Part shown: in pieces, positions 34,691-47,700 of the stretch
Layout of the letters: every line of letters begins with the position of its first letter
How positions within the stretch are numbered: the stretch's first letter is position 1
Program-made: the position numbers and the translations under genes
Assembly (NCBI GenBank): GCA_028534125.1
Contig: CM052817.1
Span: forward strand, 3,288,001 to 3,352,000
Source of the DNA: Lama glama
Taxonomy: Eukaryota
Length of the DNA stretch: 64,000 bases
Direction: 5' to 3'
Notes under the pieces: generated by a model
Told to the model about the DNA's origin: nothing
Databases searched by the model: none
The model's input: only the letters and a program-made list of their open reading frames with translations

Positions 34691-36314
34691 CTGGGATGCT
34701 GGTAAGAAAGAGGATAAGCAGTCTGCCCCCATTTCACTGGATCCCCCCGGGGGGGCGGGCAGACTGGGTACGAAAGGACGCCAAGCTCCGGCGCCGTGAT
34801 GCCTGTGGGGCTGTCCGTCTTTCTCCCCCATGTGTGGAGTCCCTGCTCCTGCTTGTGTTCCCCCCGCCTCCTTCAGGAACAAGCGGTCTCTAAGCTGGGG
34901 TCTCCTGACTGCAGTGGGCTCTGAGGCTGGTCCCCCAGCAGTGGCAGTCCTGAGGCGCCAGCACAGCCCTGAGGACGGATGCTTTACAAGGCCAACCCAG
35001 GGGACAGGAGCATTCCTGCCAGCGAGCCCCGTGGCCTCCTCAGAGGGCACCCTTCCTGGAGGAGGGCTGCCTGGGAAGGCCCCACCCCCTAAACTCCCTG
35101 CACTGCCCAGGCCCGGCAGAGGGATGCACTCGCGGGCCCCCACTGGCCCTAAGAGGGGTCATTTCCCTTATGCGGAACAGGAGGGAAATGGTCTTTTCCA
35201 TGACGCTGTGAGAGGGGAGGACAGGGGCTCCCAGGGCCCCCAGACAGGCAGGCAGGACCTGGAGAATAAATAATCGGCAGAGTCCAGCGCCAGGCGGTGG
35301 CCCTTCCCCGGCCGGAGCTGTCAGCTCCCAGTCTCGGGTCACATCTGCTCTCTGTCCCACCCCTACTTCTGAGTGTGGCCCTTGGGGCCTCAGCCCCGGG
35401 ACCCTCCCTCTACCCCACCCCGGGCCCCCGGCCTTGCATCATGCCCTCCTGCTGCCCAAGGCTCTTGTAGACCCTGCTTCAAACCTCCAGTGGAAGGTGC
35501 GGCAGGCCCAGCACTCCCCGCCCCTTCTCTCCTCCCTGAATCCCTCCACGCCACTCAGGAGCCCCTCCCCAGCCCCCTCACTCCCCAGCAGGACTCTCGA
35601 GGGGGACACAACAACTCGCGAATGAAGGTTCTGGACTGGGGTTTGGCGGAGCTCCTGTGTTTTCTGAAACACAGACGCCGTGAACATCAGAGATGGAGCC
35701 TGGACCTAAGCCACGTGAGATAATCTTGATTCAGAAATTCCGTGCCTCCCTTTTTGCGCACAGACAGGGTTTCAAACCTGAAATACCAGGCTTCTAGTTG
35801 TCTTATTGGCAGGGAACATGTGGACGATTTAAAACGCCAAATCAACCGCAAGATGTCGGCAAGGCCCGGTGGGGGGCGGTGGCAGCACACCATGTGGATT
35901 CTTTACCACAGGAGAAAGGATCCCCAGGAGAGGAACCCTCCAAAGTCTTAACACCGCCTGGACAGTGGCGACGTGGCACCTGATGCCCTGGCGAGCGGGA
36001 ACCTGTTCACCAAGGCACGAGCGATCATGTGGCCACAAATGCTGAGGTCGAGTTAGGGTGCTCAGAAGTAGCGGGGTCTGCAAAGGCGAGCTCAGGGAGG
36101 CACACCTCTGAGTGTATGACTCTCAGCAGCCCAGCCCCGCTCCCTGCCCACCAGAGGCTGGAGACAAAGTCCAGGAGCCAATGAACCCAGAGAGATGGCT
36201 TCTGGCTCCAGATTTGATCAGCATCCATCTCCCCAGCTGGAATGTCAGTCCATGAGGGTGTCCCCCAGCCCTAGATGGTGCCAAATCATTACTGAATGAA
36301 AGAAAAGATGAATG

Positions 36315-36373
36315 TGAACATGTTGTACACCAGAAACTGACACACTGTAACTGACTATACTTCAGTGTTAAAA
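36315..36373 (+). mobile_element. Very short young L1 3' tail
   Basis: tgttgtacaccagaaactgacacactgtaactgactatacttca; same family as 11900, 53823 and 54598; imperfect aaa(g)atgaatg flanks. Confidence 0.75.
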
Positions 36374-36545
36374 ATGAATGAATCAGTAAAGGAATGAGAA
36401 GCGCATGAGTACGTAAAAGAAGCCAGTGGCCACTTACCCTAAAAGGAAGTATGGGCATGTAGGATGACGAAGGTGGACTTACCTGCCCAGGATGTTCTAA
36501 GTACCAAAGTCTGTGCATATTTACAAAGCAGCTTTATAAGCGGAT

Positions 36546-36905
36546 GTGATAGTTGATTTACAATAAGAAATATATATTTGGTCCTCCCTCCACTCCAGGC
36601 ACAGCACTCCTAAAATCCTGGGAGGTTCCAAAGTGGCAGAGCCATATCTGTGTCTTTTATCAGGTTAGTGAGGTGACTTTTGGAAAGACCCCAGGTCACC
36701 TAAGGCTGGGGGCTGCCAGCCGGGGAGCCAACTCGGTGGAGTCAACTCGGGGCAGCCCTGCGGGTCGGAGCCCTGTACCTGGGGGTCCGACACTATCTGC
36801 AGGTAGACAGAGTCAGAACTGAGCTCACTATCACACCCCGCTGGTCCCGAGACCGTCTGGTATTGGAAAGAACTCACAGGTCAGAATCGGTGTCGGAATT
36901 ATAAC
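36546..36905 (+). mobile_element. MER21B-like LTR with internal deletion
   Basis: tgtgatagttgatttacaataagaaatatatatttggtc, ggcacagcactcctaaaatcc, gaggtgacttttggaaag, caggtagacagagtcagaactgag. Confidence 0.7.
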
Positions 36906-37429
36906 TGCTTTAAGACCCAAGGATCTCTGCTCATCTCCGAGGCGCTCAGAAGACAGACCAGGTCAGCACTCACCACACTTCAGCAAAGAGAACGCGATGC
37001 TTTGACATGAAGTGACCAGCGATGTGAGTGCCACTGGTGGCCCCTTCTCCAAGCCTATAAATGAAGCAACCACTCCCGTCCTGGTGAGTTGCAGGGGCTG
37101 TGGGTCGAGGCAGTGAAGTCTGGGAGGTGCTGCGTGAGGGACGGGGGCACCAGGAAAATGGGGCAAGGGGTCTATAAGAGGGGCCTACGCAGGTGCGGGA
37201 GCCTCTACCACGTGGAGCGGGGAAGCAGGGCACGGGAGGACCCTTCTGCCAGCGTGATTTCCCAAGCTCCGAGGCTGCAGCTGACCCACGGGACCCCAAT
37301 CAGAGCCCTAAGACCCACTTCGGACCCTGGTTGTGGGGCCCTCCCGAAGACTGCACAGCTGTGGTTACCACTGTGGGTCCCAGTGAGTCCAGGGGCTGGG
37401 AACACTCAGTTGGTGACAGCAGGCCGGGC

Positions 37430-37960
37430 TGAAGGACTTGGCAGAAAGGCAAGCCAAGGCACACGGACCCCGCAGCGCTCGCTGGAGTCCGCGGCAGACC
37501 TCGCCGGCTCGCCGCCAGGCGACCCAGCGTGCCTGAAACGCCGAAACCTCTCGGCCCCCTCTCGGTTAAACTGCTGGAGAAAAAAGCACAGAGCTTGCCG
37601 GGGAGTGAGCTCTCTGCCCTGGGTTCTTCCTCCTTTGTCCCCGGGCCACGCCTGATGTCTACAAAGAGGAATTTTCATAGAATCACGGCAAGCCTGGGAA
37701 ATAAGACCATTTGCCGTGACCCCTAATTAAGACACAGAGCACACACAGCCAGCACCGCTCCGTGGTGCAGCCGCTGCGGCTTAATTGAGAGAAAGAAAGA
37801 CGCGGAAGTAGATGGCCAGGCAGCATGGGCCGGGGGCGGGGGGCTGCTGAGCCTGAATTAGGGCCGGACTCCCCCATCACGGGAGTCTCGTGGAAGCTGA
37901 TATTAGCACACGGTCTCCCTGCGGGCTGGTGATCCCCAGACGGTGGAGGGGCAGAGGCCA
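37430..37960. promoter_or_regulatory. Small CpG-rich region with homeobox-type motifs
   Basis: cgcagcgctcgctggagtccgcggcagacctcgccggctcgccgccaggcg; CTAATTAA, TTAATTG, GC box ggggcgggg. Confidence 0.4.
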
Positions 37961-38539
37961 GCGGAATGCAGCTGGGTCTCTCCAACACCGGAGGGTAATC
38001 GAGAATGTTAACAGCTCCATTTTCATATTTTTCCATACAATTTAGATCACAGCCAACAAGCTGATGCCGCCCAGGTTCTGATGTTGGAGGTAATTCTCAG
38101 GGCAGCCCAGACAAGGGGCAGGGACCTCAGGTTCAAGACTGATCTCTGCCTCACCGCACAGGGATCCTGGGCACATCACAGCCTCTCCAGCCTCCTTCCC
38201 TTACCTCTGTAAGATGGGATGGCTGTGCCCACAGGTGAAGGTCCTTCTGGTGATTGAATGTCACTGGGAGCTCGGGAAAGCAGAACTTCGGTTTATTACC
38301 GAGAGACGGCTCCTGCTGCTTCTGATGTTGGTGGGCTTCTTGGTTCAGGGAGAGACCTGCAGGGGCCCCTTCTGCACAAATGTGGAGGGAGAGTCATCCA
38401 GCCCCTCCCAGGAGGGGCCAGCAGTGGAGCGCCATGCCCTCTGAGCTGACCTTTGGGGAAGTGAGAGACAGGGGTGTGTGGGGACCAGGGAGCATCCTGG
38501 ACAGACAGCCTGGGACCTCATCCTCTCCCCTCTGGGATC

Positions 38540-38983
38540 TGTAGGGCATTGAATAGGGACCTCCAAAAGACACGTCCGTATCCTAACCCCCAGAACCTGT
38601 GAATGTGACCTCACCTGGGAAAGAAATTTCTTTGCTGATGTGAGGAAGTTAAAGAATCTCAAGACAAGATCATCCTGGATTATCCGAGCAGGGCTTAAAT
38701 CCAGTGACGAGTGTTCGTGTAAGAGGCAGAAGAGAAGACACACAGACACACAAGGAGAAGGCCACGTGAAGAGACGGGGCGGGGGGGTGGGGGATGCAGC
38801 CACAAGCCAAGGAGCGCTGAGGGCCCTGAAGCTGAAAGAGGCAAGGATCCTTCGCTAGGGCCTTCGGACGGAGCACAGCCCTCTGACACCTTGATTTCAG
38901 ACATCTGGCCTCTAGCACCGTGAGAAAAGGAATCTGTTATTTTAAACCCCTAGTTTGTTACAGCAAATGCAGGACACTGACCA
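38540..38983 (+). mobile_element. MaLR solo LTR (MLT1C-like)
   Basis: tcctaacccccagaacctgtgaatgtgacc, gatcatcctggattatcc, gcagccacaagccaagga, tgacaccttgatttcagac, tagtttgttacagc. Confidence 0.9.
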
Positions 38984-40503
38984 AGAATCAGAGTAATCAG
39001 GGGGGTCTCAGCTGGGCCAGGAGGCGGCGGTTCAGCCCCAGGTGCCCCAGCAGCACAGGCGTGAGGACCCTCAATGGTTCCTTCTTGTGAGGAAAAGGAA
39101 TCCGTCCTGGTGACCCTGCCCAGGGCCAGGGAGTGCAGAGGAGGAGGCTGAGTCCAGCCCATGACCCTCTGTCCCCAGCTTCTCTGGCTCTGCCAACAGC
39201 CACCCTGCAGGCTGGTCCAGACTCCGAGGGCAGCACACTGGGGCCCCACTGGCTGAGGGGCAGCCCACAGGGCTCCTCAGACTGGGCAGGGCTCCTTTTC
39301 AACCACTGGGAAGAGCATTCGCAAAAGCCTCAAGAATGCTGGCGTCCTGCTATGATGAGCACAGCTCAATGGAAACATAAAGAGCTGTTTCTTCCCGTGA
39401 GTGGGAATCCAAGGCTGTGATGGGGTGACCTCGGTGGGCTCTGTGGTGCCTGGTACCAGCGTGAGCTATCAGACAGGGGCCAGGATGCTGACTGTGATGC
39501 AGGGAGTGACGATGGTGGTAGGGCTGCTGGCTGGGCCCTGGTTGACCTGCTTGGTTTAGGGAACTCCCCTGGGTTGAGCTGCCACCCCCAGCCCCGCCCT
39601 GACCCGCCTGCCTCCCAGCTCTGAGCCTCCCCCTCATTCCCGCCTCTCCGGGTTCCCAGCCTTTCAGCCCTGCCTCTCTTCTCCCTCCTCTGGGTCTAAC
39701 CTAATCTGGCTTCCCCTGAGCCCAGGGAAGGCTCCCTCTGGATGCTCCTCCCTCCAGCCTCCCTCAGTCTCCCAGGATGTTCCCAAGGAAGCTGCCCTTC
39801 CTGGAGGAGCCAGCCCTGAGACCACCCACCCTCTGCCCCGGTGCCCAGCCTCCACTGTGTCCACACCAGAGCCCTACCAGTAGGTCAAGACTCCCTAACC
39901 TGTTTCCCACCTGGTGTTTTCCACTAGGAGGAAAGGTAAAGAGAGTGCTGGGAGCTGTAAGCAAAGAACTGGAGGAAGCAGCCTCCCCTTGGGGCTCAGG
40001 AAGCAGACAGGAGGCTGTGGGGGAGAGGCCGGCCAAGCCAGCCTGCTGGGGATGAAGGGAGCTCAGCTGGGCCAGGCTGGACCACCGTGTGATGGAGAAG
40101 GCAGAGGGTGGCCTCTGAGCCCTGGGCTGCATGACCCCGGTGCTCTGCCCGGAGCCCGTCATGCCCAAAGCAGCCACGTCCCCTGTAACTTGGAGTCTGT
40201 GTGACAGGGGGACATGGCTGTCCACAGCGATGAAAGGGTGAGTGTGTCTTACCGGGAGCCAAGACTGCGGGCAGGGCTCTGACATGCCCAGAAGGGAATG
40301 AAAACAGCGGGTGTGTTGTTTCCTGGCAGGACTCTCAGAACCTGTGCCCACAGGGAAGTCTGGCCTTGGTCCAAAACCCTTCACAACTCGCTCACTCGTT
40401 CATTCAATAAATGCCTTTTGAGTGGATGCTCAGGCCCTGTGCGAACCCTCAGCCGGGTCCCCACACTTGCAGAGTGGCTCCCCTTCCTGTAGGAGCAGCA
40501 GGC

Positions 40504-40504
<1 letters not shown>

Positions 40505-40546
<42 letters not shown>
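40505..40546. repeat. Perfect (AC)21 microsatellite
   Basis: Direct count. Confidence 0.97.
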
Positions 40547-40548
<2 letters not shown>

Positions 40549-41309
40549 AAGGAAGAGGGGTCTGGCCAGAGGGACGGGGTCTGGTGCCGTGGAGGCGGCT
40601 CTTGGGAGGTGACATTTAATCTGTAATGTCCCTTCCAGCTCAGCATCCTCACATTGAAAGACAGCATCACTTTGTTTTTTCCTTTTAAATAAGATCAGAG
40701 TGGAGGAGGGGAAAAGGAGAGGAAACCCCGCGGGGTGTGCGTGTGCGGAGGACGGAAATCCTGTTCTTTCCGCGTTATCATCAGCACTTTCTGGCCAAAG
40801 CCTTCGGATCCTTATGGGGCCGCACTCCTTTCTGCTCCACAAATCTTGCTAAAGCAGACTTCCCGGTGACAGCACCCCTTCCCACGGCGATGCCGCCTTA
40901 ATCCCTGCCCAGCTGCTCCGTCTCGGCTCCATTAGAAAGAGAATTCATAACATATGAGGAAGATAACCTTGATACTGTGCAGGTCACTTTGGTTCCCGAC
41001 CTGAGAAATATGGACACGTGTGAGCGGGATGACCGACGCAGCGGCCTTTGGTGGGAAAGACGGAGATGTAATTCTCAGTGCGCCTAAATCAGTCACCTTG
41101 GAAAATACACTCAGCTGCGGGGCGAGCTGCGGGCTGGTTCCCGTGAGTAGATGGCGGGGCCTTGAGGGTGGACAGCTCGAAGGCGCTCTCACTGCATGTT
41201 GATTTCTACTGAGCTGTGCTTCCTAGGAAACCTCGGCAAAGCAAAGAAAGGCAAAAGCACTTACGTGCTTGAAAAAATAGGTGGAGAAATAACATCTGTA
41301 GATACGGAA

Positions 41310-41510
41310 CGTCCTGGGGTTTGGAATTCCACAAATGCTACTTTCTAAGTCAGCAAGACTTCAAGTTTTTGGGTTTCAGTTTCCCGAGTTAAGCATGGGG
41401 ACTCAGTGATAACCCCGTCGAGGGGGTGTTGCCAGCCCCTTAGAAGAGAAGATGTACCAAAGGTTGCTAGCCTGGGACCCCGGCACGTAGTAGATGCTCA
41501 GTAAATGTCA
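41310..41510 (+). mobile_element. MIR SINE (diverged)
   Basis: gtcctggggtttggaattcc...ttcagtttccc...cccggcacgtagtagatgctcagtaaatg. Confidence 0.6.
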
Positions 41511-43329
41511 GTGCCCCTTTCTCTTCCCGGCAAGCCCCACCTCTGATAAATGAAAGATTAGAGTTAGATTTCCCCAAATTCTAAGACTCCGTGTGGAAAA
41601 AGTTCTACTTAGACTTGACCTCAAAGCTATCTTCCCATTTACCTGAGTTGAAAACATGACCCGAACGTCTTGCCTTTCATTCCCTCGTGTATTAAAAACG
41701 CACACCTCCCCACCTCCCCACCTCAGGGCTCATCAACGTCACACCTCTGGGTCTTCTCGCAGCGCTGGGAGGCCGGCAGGGCAGCTGAAACAATTCCGAG
41801 AGGCCTGGAGGCCCTGAGGCCATACGGCGCACCGGCGGGGGGTCAGGGTGAGCTGCCCCCAGCTTGAGTGCCCCGTGCCTGTGTTTCCCGCTGGGATGGC
41901 GCGCTGTGAGGAGGGTGGTGGCAGAAGACAGACACAACGTGAAGAGGATTCCCTGTGCAGGGGGCTTTAACAGAAGATCTTATTTCAGTCCCTCGGCCCC
42001 CTGGAGAGCGAGGTCTCAGTACCAATCCCTGTGTTTCACAGGTGAGGAAACTGAGGCTCAGCGCTCTTAAGGTCCACGCCTTAAGATGCAAGTGGACGTC
42101 CAGGGGGAGAAGCAAGTGATTTTCTTCGGTCCCTTCCTCTCGACTGAGAACTCGTCCCGGGGGCTCCAGCGAGTGAGCACACCACACGGGTCCCTGCACA
42201 TCTGGCCACAGCTGGCTGCGCCAGGCCTGGACACTGGCCTGGGGGAGTCTGCCATGTTCTCTTTCCTGGGAATTTGGAATTAGGGCTGGAGAAGCTGGCT
42301 GAGCGCGTCCGGGAAGGGTTCCACGATCCAGACTCACGGTCCAAGGCTGCCGTGTTGGACGGGGCGTCGGTGGAGCAGGCAGAGCCCCCGGCCGCAGAGC
42401 AGCAGAGGGCTAGTTCCCCAGCGGGCGGCGGGAGGAGCCGCCGACGACGAGGGAGAGAGAGAGGACAGGGCCACCCTGGCTTCCAAGCGCGCTGTCCCCA
42501 CTCAGCGACGCTCACCCACGGGGCTGCCTGCCCTTCCTATCACGAATCTCACTGTACGTAAGCCGCCTGGAGTCAGTTTCTGTTTTGCAACCCGCAGCGC
42601 CCTAACTAGGACACGAGCAGTTGCTCCGCGGTTCAACCTGGGCTCTTCCTGCTCCCAAACGCTGCAGACGTACACACCAGGGGAGAGGGCAGGCAGGAGG
42701 GGGGCCCAGACGCACGCCCTGGCTTTGGCCACGGCCTCAGGTGGGCAGCGTGTCTGCCTTCTTTCCCACCCCAGTGCCCGGTGCCCTGTGCGTCCATCTC
42801 CCCAGTTACCTGACTTCACACCTGCCAAGTGACAAGTCCAGGTCGTGATAAGCCTGTCATTATGTGGCCCCTTCCCTGCGCCCCTGTGACCGCCTAGCAA
42901 GGCCCTCAGAGCTTCCTCCTCCCTCAGTCCCAGGGACAGGCCCCAGCAAACCCAGACGAGCCCCCACACCCTCTCCTGCGCTGCCCAGGCTGCAGCGCGA
43001 CCCGGACCTCAGGGCTTCCCGCCTGCGGCAGAGCTGCCGCCTCCTCCCCAGGCTCCAGATGCCCTTGTCCCCTCATCCCACCACACAGGGGCTGCCCACC
43101 TGACCACAGGTCACTCTCCAGCTTGCAGGTCACTCCCGCCACCTCAGCATCAACTCCAACGCCCTCGACTGGAATGCGGGCCTCTCTTCACCTGCCCCCA
43201 CCCTGGCTATGAGGCCGCATCTCCCGCAGCCAGCACCACCACCACACCCAAACAGCGCACCAAGGACGGGCCCCACATTTTTTAGCCTCTCTGCCCTTGC
43301 ATGTTTTGTCTTCTGTGTTCAAAAGTGAT

Positions 43330-43640
43330 ACCTTCCAGGTTGGCCTGGAAAACTCCTACACACCCCCCAAAGCCCTTCTCAAATGGCACCTCCTCTTTGC
43401 GGCCCTCTCCAAAGCGCCCCAGCACACAGCCCGGCTAGCATCTCCTGCTCTTTGCTCTGTTCTACATCTCACTACAAAGCATAGTGACGGTGCGTACGAT
43501 TTTGTGGCATGTGTGACCGTCTGCTCACTAGACTCTCAGGGCTGGAGGGTAGAGGGTAAGCCTCTTGTCCGTGTTGGGATTCCCAAGGTCTAATGAGCCC
43601 TGGGATGTCACGGGCTCTCCAAACGAGCTGTTTGAACTCA
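43330..43640 (+). mobile_element. L2 3' fragment
   Basis: gcctggaaaactcctacacaccccccaaagcc...caaatggcacctcct...cactagactctcagg. Confidence 0.55.
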
Positions 43641-44647
43641 ATTAAATTACTCTGTGGGCACCTGCCCACGCTGTTAATTTTGAGTTCTGTTACCCCAGGG
43701 CTGGCTTTGAATTAGCTGAGGCAATCACTCCATCAGCCTCCACAATTCCAGGAAAGCATCCAGGGCAGGAAGAGAAGATGACTTCGGTCCAAAGCCCAAG
43801 TCCTGGGTCCAGCACGCCTTTCCCAGCAAGGGCTGGAGCCAGGGCGGAGCATCTGGTTCGGGGGTGACCTCCTGCCCACCTCCTCCAGCATCTGCTTCAC
43901 CACCGATCATCATGGCCTAACCATCCTGCCCCCTCCTCTGACCCCCAGCCAAGGTAGTATCAAACTCTATTACACGGCAAAGGTGGGTGGTGTCTCCTAT
44001 TCAACAAAAAGCAAATCAGACTTGGCCCCTGAGAATTTCAGACGATATGTGCCCACCAAGCTGACCAATTTCTGAGACCAACCCACAAAGAAAGGGAGCC
44101 AACTTGGATTGCCAGGCAGGATGGTGACACCCCCCCCATGGTGTGACCAGCCCCGGCCACGGGACTGTGACCCTGTGAACGGGGCGCCCCTCCCCGGCAC
44201 ACACCACCACGCACTCTGCAATCCCACTTTGGCAAATTCTCGATGGACGACCTCCAGCAAGGCTTCCTGACAACAGCAGCATTTGGATCTCATCGAGGAG
44301 CAGAAGGCCAGGTGGCCTCAATGCCTGCCCCTCGCCTCCAGGCCTGTGGCTTGGCACAGTCTTGCTCAATAACAGCTGAATGTCAGGAAGAAACTGGGCT
44401 TCTGGCGGAGGCACCAACACTGGGAGGCAGTGGCCGTGGAACCAAGCATCTCAGCTCCCCCCGTGGGCTCACGTGCGGGTCCTAACCAGGCAGACCCGGT
44501 GACAGTAAGAGAATGCCCTCACGAGAATGCTGCCCCTGGCTCTGCATCTCCCAGTCTCACCAGATCCTTCTCTGCGCGGTGTGAGAAGAGTCAGTCACTG
44601 CATGGTTTGCGCACTGTGGGACCACCGTCCAAGCCAGAAGCGAGCTG

Positions 44648-44700
44648 AGTGTGTGCGTGCGTGTGTGTGTATGAGTGTGTAAGAGAGAATGTGTGTGCGT
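44648..44700. repeat. Degenerate (TG)n tract
   Basis: gtgtgtgcgtgcgtgtgtgtgtatgagtgtgt. Confidence 0.8.
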
Positions 44701-47700
44701 CCAGGACCCTTTGTGAACAGATTTCATCTTAGTTTCTAGCCTCATCCCACCAGGATCCCTAAATTATGACCCCTAGGCTTCTGCCTACCAACTTTCTAGA
44801 AAGTTCCAGGGAATCCTGCCTCTGAACCTCTGCACCTGCTACTGCCCCTTCCTGGAGCTGTCACTCTCCAGCCCTACTTGACCCCCATCTTTGGAGCCAC
44901 CCGAGGCCCTTGCCCACAGGTACCTCCTGACCGTCCATCCCCTGGTGGACATCACCCTTCTGGTATCTGAGTCACCCACTGGCCTCTGGGTTCCTTGGGG
45001 ACACATACCTTGCACCTCAGTACACCCAGCATGTAGCAGACCCTCCACCCAACCCGTCACAGTCAGTTCAGTAAACACACATCTGTTGATGTTTTACTGA
45101 CAGGCTATTTGTTCTAGCAACAGTTTTTCATGTTTACTCGTCAGCTTTGCACTCCTAACACCATTCCTCCCTTAGATGCTTTAATATAAAACAATTAGCA
45201 ATCAGTGCCCAGAACAAAGGCCGGCTGCCCTGGCGAGCCTGATAGTGCTAGTCTAACAAAGCCGCACCCGCCAGCGGCTCAGACCATCGTTGGCAAAGGA
45301 ATCGATGAAACGGAGTATCACACTGACAATTATGTCTCAGGGATTAAGATTTTTTTCCCCATTAACACTTAGGCCCCGGTCAACTCGTGCTTTCCTCCAC
45401 AATCTGAGTTGATGAAATTTTGTTCGGTTACTCCTGTCCCGCCTCCCAGTCGAATCAGTTCCAGAGCGTGGGAGCCTCCCAGACGGACGCTAATGACACA
45501 GGTGATGAGGCCCCACCCGCCCCGGTCCAGGGAGCCCTTTCCTGCTGCAGTCGGCGGGAGGTGTGGCTGGGCCCGCTCGCCGCCTCTCCACACGGGTCCC
45601 GGCTTATGAGTCTGTGCTCCCAGGTCCTTCTGAGAAGAGCACATACATGAAAGAAATGTGGGGAGGGCGTGAGGGTTGGGGGGCTCTCTGTCCAACCCCT
45701 GCCCCTTCACAGGCCCCTCCTGAAGGGCAGCGACCAAGCACTTGGGTTTGGCACCAACGTGCAAGGTCCTTCATTACCTGACTCCACCCTTGTCATCTGT
45801 CCCCCAGTGCCTGCCCCCTGACCCAGCTGTGGATCCCCTCATCCCCCTGATGTGGGAAGCCCACCTAGTTCGGCCCCCCTTTCCTCCACCCCTTCCCACC
45901 CAGCAAGTCTCACTTGGCCACTGCTTCTCCCAACGCCTCCCCTGAACCTTCCCCAACCAGAAGGTGGGGGAGGCCCCTCTGTGCAGCCAGCCCCTGGCCC
46001 TTCCTCTGGGCCTGTCTGTCCACTGTAGGCCAACGAGTCTCTGGGACCCCTACCTCGAGCTGCCCTCCCAGGAGGCACTGGCACAAAGCAGGCCACAGGA
46101 GTGTGCCCCGGGCTACCTGCTGGTGTCACAGCAGCCCAGGAGGGGGACACTCATCCTTGCGCTGTGGACGAGGAGGTGTAATCTCAGAGACACCAGGATC
46201 CGGGGCTAGTGAACAGGGAAGTCAAACTGGACGCCCTGGCCTTCCTCTAGACCTCGGGTCCCTACTCCTTAAGCCTCCAGTCCTGTAAGCGTGAGGGGTG
46301 GGGCCAAGACTGCTTGGACTTTGACCTACAAGCCTGGGTAAAGGCCTCCCGTTGGGGGTCATTCTGCCTGGGCACGTGGACTGTTGCATTTCACAAATGT
46401 CACCTGCAAAACAACATGTGTTTCCAGACCCAGAGGAAGGAGCCTTGTTGCAAACCTGGGCCAGCAGCATCAATGACCCAGTTCATTCTCACGTGCCTGC
46501 CCCTGGAAATGGCCTTCTCCCAGGACCCACTCAGACCTCCCGTAGCTGCCCGGTCAGCCACTGTGTCACAGTGGGGTGGGGGACCCAGCGAGCTTCTCCT
46601 GGGGGAACAGCTGCCCCCTCCTCAGAACGAAGGTGACAGTGATGTGGCCCAGATGCCCAGGACAGTCCTATCATTTACAAGGTCCACTTAGAACAAATTA
46701 GGGCCCGGGCTGCAGCCATACGTCTGAAGGCTTCTCTTATACTTCAGGAATGGGGGGGTTAATTGAAAAGATAATCACGGGGGAGCACATAGGCTCTGTC
46801 CTGGAGAAGCCAGAAGGCACGGAACTGCTCCCTGGAATCTGCAGGGCGCTTCGTGAGATCTGAGATGGGTCAGGAGGTGCAGGTGCGAGAGTGGAGGAGG
46901 GAGAGACAGGGCCACCGGGGAAGGATGCTGGATGGGACACAGGGCAGAGACGCACACAGGACCAGAGCCACAGAAACACGTCCCCAGGCCTCCAGCCTCC
47001 GCCTCCGCCTCAGCCATTCCCTCGGCCTGGAACTCTCTCCCCTTCAACCCTTCCAGGCTGGTCTCCTCCCTCACATAATGGTTCCTCCTCGGAGGGGCCT
47101 CCCTGACTGGCTCATTTGAAACAGCATCTCCCACTCCCTCTGCCACTGTCCCTTTCCTCCCAGACTCATCACTCCAATGTCACGTATCCGCATGAAATGC
47201 TCCCCGGAGGCCGAGCGCTGCTCTGGGCCCTGAGGGTAGCGCAGTGAGGCCACCTGGTAAAGCACTGGCATTCCCTCTTCTACTGGTCTGTCTCCCGCCC
47301 AGGCACGTGGGCTCCGTGGGGCTGGGCGCTCTCAGGTGCTCAGTCCCAGCAGTGTCCCAGGTCCCTCCTCCTGGCTTAGCGCCCGGCCTGTGTCCCCAGC
47401 TATCACTCCCTGACCATTATGACGCGTTCCCTCGCCTGAAGCAGACACCCTCAGCTCCAGCAGGGCACCGCGGACAACACGAGTCCTGGTCCAGCCTGAC
47501 GCCGCTGCCCCTCCGCTCCCGCCGCCCTCCGGTCTCAGGATGGCCCTAAACGCCTCCTTCCCGCCCAGGCTGCAAACTTCCCTCCTGCAAACCTGTAAAG
47601 ACTCAGCTCTGATGCCCCTCCCTGTGGTGACCTCTGAGACCAGCACAGGCAGAACTACTGTGAAAGCTCAGCTGCCACTTAATCAGCACCCACGACAACC

